A stretch of 64,000 nt of DNA from an uncultured Solirubrobacteraceae bacterium. Its GTDB lineage: Bacteria > Actinomycetota > Thermoleophilia > Solirubrobacterales > Solirubrobacteraceae. The stretch spans positions 14,672 through 78,671 of the forward strand of contig CAVPEY010000007.1 in the NCBI GenBank assembly GCA_963703625.1, in the 5' to 3' direction. The translations under genes were made by a program, and so were the position numbers. How positions within the stretch are numbered: position 1 is the stretch's first letter; each line of letters starts with the position of its first letter. Below, piece after piece: positions 56,993 through 64,000 of the stretch. The notes beneath the pieces were generated by a model that had not been told where the DNA came from, did no database searches, and saw only the letters and a program-made list of their open reading frames with translations.

Positions 56993-59011
56993 ATGTCCGT
57001 GACGGTCACCCTCCCCGACGGCAACCAGCTCGAGCTGCCCGACGGCGCCACCGGCGCCGATGCCGCCGCGGCGATCGGGCCTGGCCTCGCGCGCGCGGCG
57101 CTCGCGATCGAGATCTCAGCGCCTGGAGGCGACGGCGCCACGGGCGAGGGCCCGGAGGTACGCGATCTCGCGCGCCCACTCCCCGACGGCGCCCACATCG
57201 CGATCCTCACTAAAAATGATGGGCCGCAGGCCCTGCAGCTGATTCGCCACGACGCCGCGCACGTGCTCGCCGCGGCCGTCATGGAGCTCTACCCGGGCGT
57301 GAAGATCTCGATCGGGCCGCCGATCGAGGACGGCTTCTACTACGACTTCGAGTTCCCCGACGGCGTCGCGCTCTCAGAGGCGGCCTTCCCGCAGATCGAA
57401 GAGCTGATGCGCGCGCACGTCAAGGCCGCCGAGCCGTTCGAGCGTGAGGACGTGCCGGTCGGGCAGGCGCGCGAGCGCTTCCTCGCCGAGCGTCAGGACT
57501 ACAAGGTCGAGCTGATCGACGACCTCGTGACGGCGGCCGCCGAGAGCCTGCACCGCGAACCGCTGCGCACGGTCTCGCTGTACACCAACGGCCCCTTCAC
57601 CGACCTCTGTCGCGGGCCACACGCACCGAGTACCAAGACCGTCGGCGCCTTCAAGCTGAGCTCGGTCGCCGGCGCCTACTGGCGGGGCGACTCCACCAGG
57701 ACGATGCTCACGCGCATCTACGGCACCGCGTTCTTCACCAGGGCCGAGCTCGAGGAGCACCTCGAGCGGCTCGAGCAGGCGAGAGCGCGCGACCATCGCA
57801 AGCTCGGGCGCGAGCTCGGGCTGTTCACCTTCTCCGACGTCTCACCCGGCGCCGCCTTCTGGATGCCCGCCGGCACGACGATCTTCAACTCGCTGGTGGC
57901 GCTCTCGCGCCAGATGGGCGCTGAACGCGGCTACTCCGAGGTGAAGACCCCGCAGATCTTCGACGCGGAGCTGTGGCGCACCTCGGGGCACTGGGACAAG
58001 TACCGCGAGAACATGTTCACGCTCGAGGTCGAGGGTCGCGAGATGGCCGTCAAGCCGATGAACTGCCCCGGCCACTGCCACCTGTTCGCCCAGACCCGCC
58101 ACTCCTACCGCGACCTGCCCGTGCGCTACTTCGAGCCGGGCCTGCTGCACCGCAACGAGGCCTCAGGGGTTCTGCACGGGCTGTTGCGCGTGCGGCACTT
58201 CGCGCAGGACGACGCGCACATCTTCTGCACCGAGGAGCAGGTCCAGGAGCGAGGTCACGAGCTGCGCTCGAGATGGCGTTCGCGACCTACGCGCTGTTCG
58301 ACTTCGAGGTGCGCCTCGAGCTCTCGACCCGTCCCGAGCAGCGCGATCGGCACCGACGAGATGTGGGACCGCGCCGAGGCAGCAGCTCGCGCGCGCGCTC
58401 GACGAGCTCGGCCTCGCATACGAGCTGAACCCCGGCGACGGCGCGTTCTACGGGCCGAAGATCGACATGCACGTGACCGACTCGCTCGGGCGCTCGTGGC
58501 AGCTCGGCACGGTCCAGCTCGACTACTCGATGCCGGAGCGCTTCGAGCTCACCTACACCGGCGCCGACAACGCAGGAGCACACGCCCGGTGATGATCCAT
58601 CGCGCGCTGCTCGGCTCCTACGAGCGCTTCATCGGCATCATGCTCGAGCACTACGCCGGCGAGCTGCCGCTGTGGCTCGCACCGGTGCAGGCGATCGTGC
58701 TGCCGGTGTCCGACCGCTTCAACGACTACGCCGCCGAGGTCATCGACGCGCTGCGCGACGCGGGCGCGCGCGCCGAGCTCGACGAGCGCAGCGAGTCGGT
58801 CGCGCGCAAGATCCGCGACGCGGAGCTGCGCAAGATCCCCTACATGCTGGTCGTCGGCGAGCGCGAGCAACGCGACGGCACCGTGTCGGTGCGCGAGCAC
58901 GGCGGCGGGGACGCCGGCAGCGTGCCGCTCAAAGAGTTCACAAACCGACTCGCAGGCGAGCTATACTCGGCCCCGTTGACGCCCCGCAAATCCTCACACA
59001 GCCACGCGTAG
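56993..59011 (+). CDS. thrS: threonine--tRNA ligase (compensating indels at ~58250-58575)
   Basis: [46 protein letters not shown] lies in another frame. Confidence 0.97.
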   Translation: MSVTVTLPDGNQLELPDGATGADAAAAIGPGLARAALAIEISAPGGDGATGEGPEVRDLARPLPDGAHIAILTKNDGPQALQLIRHDAAHVLAAAVMELYPGVKISIGPPIEDGFYYDFEFPDGVALSEAAFPQIEELMRAHVKAAEPFEREDVPVGQARERFLAERQDYKVELIDDLVTAAAESLHREPLRTVSLYTNGPFTDLCRGPHAPSTKTVGAFKLSSVAGAYWRGDSTRTMLTRIYGTAFFTRAELEEHLERLEQARARDHRKLGRELGLFTFSDVSPGAAFWMPAGTTIFNSLVALSRQMGAERGYSEVKTPQIFDAELWRTSGHWDKYRENMFTLEVEGREMAVKPMNCPGHCHLFAQTRHSYRDLPVRYFEPGLLHRNEASGVLHGLLRVRHFAQDDAHIFCTEEQVQERGHELRSRWRSRPTRCSTSRCASSSRPVPSSAIGTDEMWDRAEAAARARARRARPRIRAEPRRRRVLRAEDRHARDRLARALVAARHGPARLLDAGALRAHLHRRRQRRSTRPVMIHRALLGSYERFIGIMLEHYAGELPLWLAPVQAIVLPVSDRFNDYAAEVIDALRDAGARAELDERSESVARKIRDAELRKIPYMLVVGEREQRDGTVSVREHGGGDAGSVPLKEFTNRLAGELYSAPLTPRKSSHSHA

Positions 59012-59041
59012 CGATCGCTTGACGCGCGGCCACCACAGCTA

Positions 59042-59828
59042 GTGCCGGTTCCGCGCAGGTTCGACCGGCGCCCGCCCGAGCGGGACACGACCAGGATCAA
59101 CGAGCGAATCCGCGTGCCCGAGGTCCGGCTGATCGACGACGAGGGCAAGCAGATCGGCGTGCATGAAGACGCCCGACGCGCTCGTCTTCGCCCAGGAGCG
59201 CGACCTCGACCTCGTCGAGGTCGCCCCCGAGGCGCGCCCGCCGGTGTGCCGCGTGCTCGACTACTCCAAGTACAAGTACGAGCAGGCCCAGAAGGTCAAG
59301 CAGGCGCGCAAGCACCAGCAGCAGATCACGGTGCGCGAGATCAAGTTCCGCCCGAAGATCGCCCAGCACGACTACGACACCAAGAAGCACCACGTCGAGC
59401 GCTTCCTGCGCCACAAGGACAAGGTCAAGGTCACGATCATGTTCCGCGGACGCGAGGTCACGCACCCCGAGCGCGGCACCGCGATCCTCGACCGGCTCGC
59501 CGAGGAGCTCTCCGAGCTGGGCGTCGTCGAGCAGCGCCCGATGCAGGAAGGGCGCAACATGACGATGATGATGGCGCCGTCCAAAGCCGTGCTCGCCGGC
59601 AAGGCCAGCAGCGGCGAGGCCGCCGACGAGGTCTTCCCCGCAGCCGCCCAGGGCGACCTCGCCGCGGAGGCGCTCGAGTCGGCGCTCGAGGACGGCGCGC
59701 GCGCCACCGAGCCGGTCTCCGAGCCTGCGCCCGCGACGCCCGAGCCCGCGGCCGAGGCAGCGCCCGAGCCGCGCACGACGCCGGCGGCCGACGGCGGAAC
59801 CCCTGCTGCGAGCAGCACCGTGTCATAA
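59042..59828 (+). CDS. infC: translation initiation factor IF-3 (frameshift at ~59162), with an acidic C-terminal extension
   Basis: RINERIRVPEVRLID, then LDLVEVAP..RPPVCRVLDYSKYKYE and VKVTIMFRGRE. Confidence 0.96.
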
Positions 59829-59893
59829 TCAGCGACCCGAGGGTGGCGTAGGCGACCGTTGGTCGTCAACCCGGGCCCTCGTTCTCTGGTTCT

Positions 59894-60095
59894 ATGCCCA
59901 AGATGAAGACACACTCCGGCGCCAAGAAGCGCTTCAAAGTCACCGCCACCGGCAAGGTGCGGGGCCGGCACGCCTTCACGAGCCACATCCTCGAGAAGAA
60001 GTCGCCCAAACACAAGCGCGCGCTCGGCAGGCCCGCGATCCTCTCCGAGCGACGACACGCCGCGCATCAAGCGCATGCTGGGGGTCGGCAAATGA
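59894..60095 (+). CDS. rpmI: 50S ribosomal protein L35 (frameshift at ~60050)
   Basis: [21 protein letters not shown]...HILEKKS, continuing as [11 protein letters not shown] in a shifted frame. Confidence 0.96.
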
Positions 60096-60452
60096 CGCGC
60101 GTCAAGCGCTCGGTCGCACGCCCGCAAGAAGCGCCGCGCGACGCTCGAGCTGACGAAGGGCTTCCGCGGCGAGGCGCACTCGAACTACAAGCGCGCCAAG
60201 GAGGCGCTGATGAAGGCGGACGCCTACGCCTACCGCGACCGGCGCAACCGCAAGCGCGACTTCCGCCGGCTGTGGATCACCCGCATCAACGCCGCCGCGC
60301 GCGTCAACGGCATGAGCTACTCGCAGTTCATGCACGGCCTCACGCTGGCCGGCGTCGAGCTCGACCGCAAGGTGCTCGCCGACATCGCCGTGCGCGACGC
60401 CGACACCTTCCGACGTTTTGCCGAGGTCGCCCGCGAGGCGTCGGCTGCCTGA
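60092..60452 (+). CDS. rplT: 50S ribosomal protein L20 (frameshift at ~60117)
   Basis: MTRVKRSV, then [26 protein letters not shown]...[10 protein letters not shown]. Confidence 0.96.
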
Positions 60453-60497
60453 CCCCGCAAAGCGCCGGGGCACCGGCAAACGACAGACAGCCTCCCG

Positions 60498-60531
60498 GGC
60501 GTCGCTCCTGAAAAGGACGGCGCCTTTTTTT
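60498..60531 (+). terminator. intrinsic terminator after rplT
   Basis: GGCGTCGCTCCT-GAAA-AGGACGGCGCC hairpin followed by T7. Confidence 0.85.
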
Positions 60532-60537
60532 GTGACC

Positions 60538-62391
<1,854 letters not shown>

Positions 62392-62392
<1 letters not shown>

Positions 62393-64000
62393 TGAGGGTG
62401 CCGCTGCCGTGGCTGCGCGAATACTGCGATCCGCCGACCTCGACGTGCGCGAGATCGAGGAGCGCCTGACGATGACCGGCACGAAGGTCGAGGCGATCCA
62501 CCACCACGGCGTGCCGTCGACGGAGCGACTTCGTCGTCGGGCGCGTGCTGAGCGCCGAGCAGCACCCGGACGCCGACCGCCTGAAGGTCTGCAAGGTCGA
62601 CCTCGGCGAGCGACGCGAGCGCGGCCCGGCGACGATCGTCTGCGGCGCGCCGAACGTCGCCGCCGGACAGACCGTCGCCGTCGCGCGGCCCGGCGCGGTG
62701 ATGCCCGACGGCACGCAAGCTCGAAGCAGGCGAAGCTGCGCGGGGTGCTCTCCGAAGGGATGATCCTGTCCGAGCCGCGAGCTGGAGCTCGGCGGCGGAC
62801 GCCGCAGGGCATCCTCGTGCTCGACGAGCCAGCTGCTCGACGCCGAGCTCGCGCCCGGCACGCCGCTCGCGCGACGTGCTGCCGATCGCGACGGACGTGC
62901 TCGAGCTCGAGATCACCCCCAACCGGCCCGACTGCCTCGGCGTGTACGGGGTCGCGCGCGAGCTGCACGCGGCGACCGGCGCACCGCTCGCGCCGGCGCC
63001 GTGGAGCGAGGACCCCGGCACGCTCGGCGCCTGTGTCGGGCGCCGAGGTGATCCGTCGAGTGCCCCGAGCTGTGCCCGCGCTTCACCGCGCGCGTGTTCG
63101 AGGACGTCACGATCGCGCCGTCGCCGCCGTGGCTGCAGGCGCGGCTCACCGCCGCCGGACAGCGCGCCGATCAACAACGTCGTCGACATCACCAACTACG
63201 CGATGCTGCTCACCGGCCAGCCGCTGCACGCCTTCGACCTCGACCGCGTCGCGGGCGCGCGACTGACGGTGCGCCGCGCCGCACGACGGCGAGCAGGTGC
63301 AGACGCTCGACGGCCAGACGCGCACGCTCGATCGCGAGATGGTCGTGATCGAGGACGCCGACGGGCCCGACGTCGATCGCCGGGCTGATGGGCGGCGCGC
63401 GCTCGGAGGTCGCGCCGGACACCACGCGCGTGCTGCTGGAGGTCGCCACCTGGAACGGACCCAACATCCACCGCAGCCTCGTGGGCGCTCGGCCTGCGCA
63501 GCGAGGCCTCGGCGCGCTTCGAGAAGGGGCTGCAGCCGGAGCAGTGCATGCACGCGCAGGCGGTCGCGAGCGCGGCTGATGATCGAGCTGTGCGGCGCGA
63601 CGCGTCGTGCCCGGGCACGATCGACGTCGGCCTGGCGACGGCGCGCCCGCGCGCCGGCGATCGCGCCTGCGCGAGGCGCGCGTGCAGGCGATCCTCGGCG
63701 TCGCCGTCGCGCCCGAGCGCCAGGCCGAGATCCTGACCGCGCTCGACTTCGAGACCGCAGCCGGCGCGCCGACGGGCTCGAGGTGACCGTGCCGGCGCTG
63801 CGCCGCGACGACGTCACGCGCGAGGTCGACCTGATCGAGGAGGTCGCGCGCATCGACGGCCTCGAGCGGCTGCCCGCGACGCTGCCGGCACGCCGCGGCG
63901 CCGCCGGCACGCTCACGCCACGCCCAGCGCGTGCGCCGCGACGCCGAGGACGCGATCGTCGGCCGCGGCCTGTACGAGATCGTCGGCTGGAGCTTCACCG
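62392..64000 (+). CDS. pheT: phenylalanine--tRNA ligase beta subunit (3' partial, multiple indels)
   Basis: [44 protein letters not shown]...[20 protein letters not shown]. Confidence 0.96.

Overview
High-GC actinobacterial DNA. The style of the secreted proteins, including a Lys/Cys-rich C-terminal tail, suggests Solirubrobacterales/Thermoleophilia (inference). The window has five parts. (1) <1-9884: right part of a tyrosine-integrase element ending in a tRNA-Val-like att core. It carries a frameshifted MobF relaxase-helicase, a frameshifted Xis, two candidate toxin-antitoxin pairs and TetR/SDR cargo. (2) ~10-21 kb: accessory genes, including an S53 peptidase, DsbA, a HicA-like/release-factor-like fusion, decayed gene remnants, and two inverted beta-propeller paralogs flanking a penicillin-acylase-family gene. 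(3) ~21.3-48.5 kb: a Pfa/Hgl/Ars-like secondary-lipid PKS cluster. It encodes ER'-ER-KS-AT-ACP-KR-DH, KS-AT-DH-PPTase, a free ACP, two AlkP/NPP enzymes, an alpha/beta hydrolase, SDR, methyltransferase, glycosyltransferase, two secreted proteins, a LuxR-type regulator and a divergent carboxyltransferase. This is the best candidate for an undescribed system. (4) 48.5-57 kb: hydrolases, a divergent sulfatase/Stf0 pair and regulators. (5) 57-64 kb: thrS-infC-rpmI-rplT-TrmH-pheS-pheT, with many indels after ~58250 that look like consensus errors. No intact rRNA, tRNA or CRISPR array was seen. All family assignments come from motif recognition by eye, not database searches.
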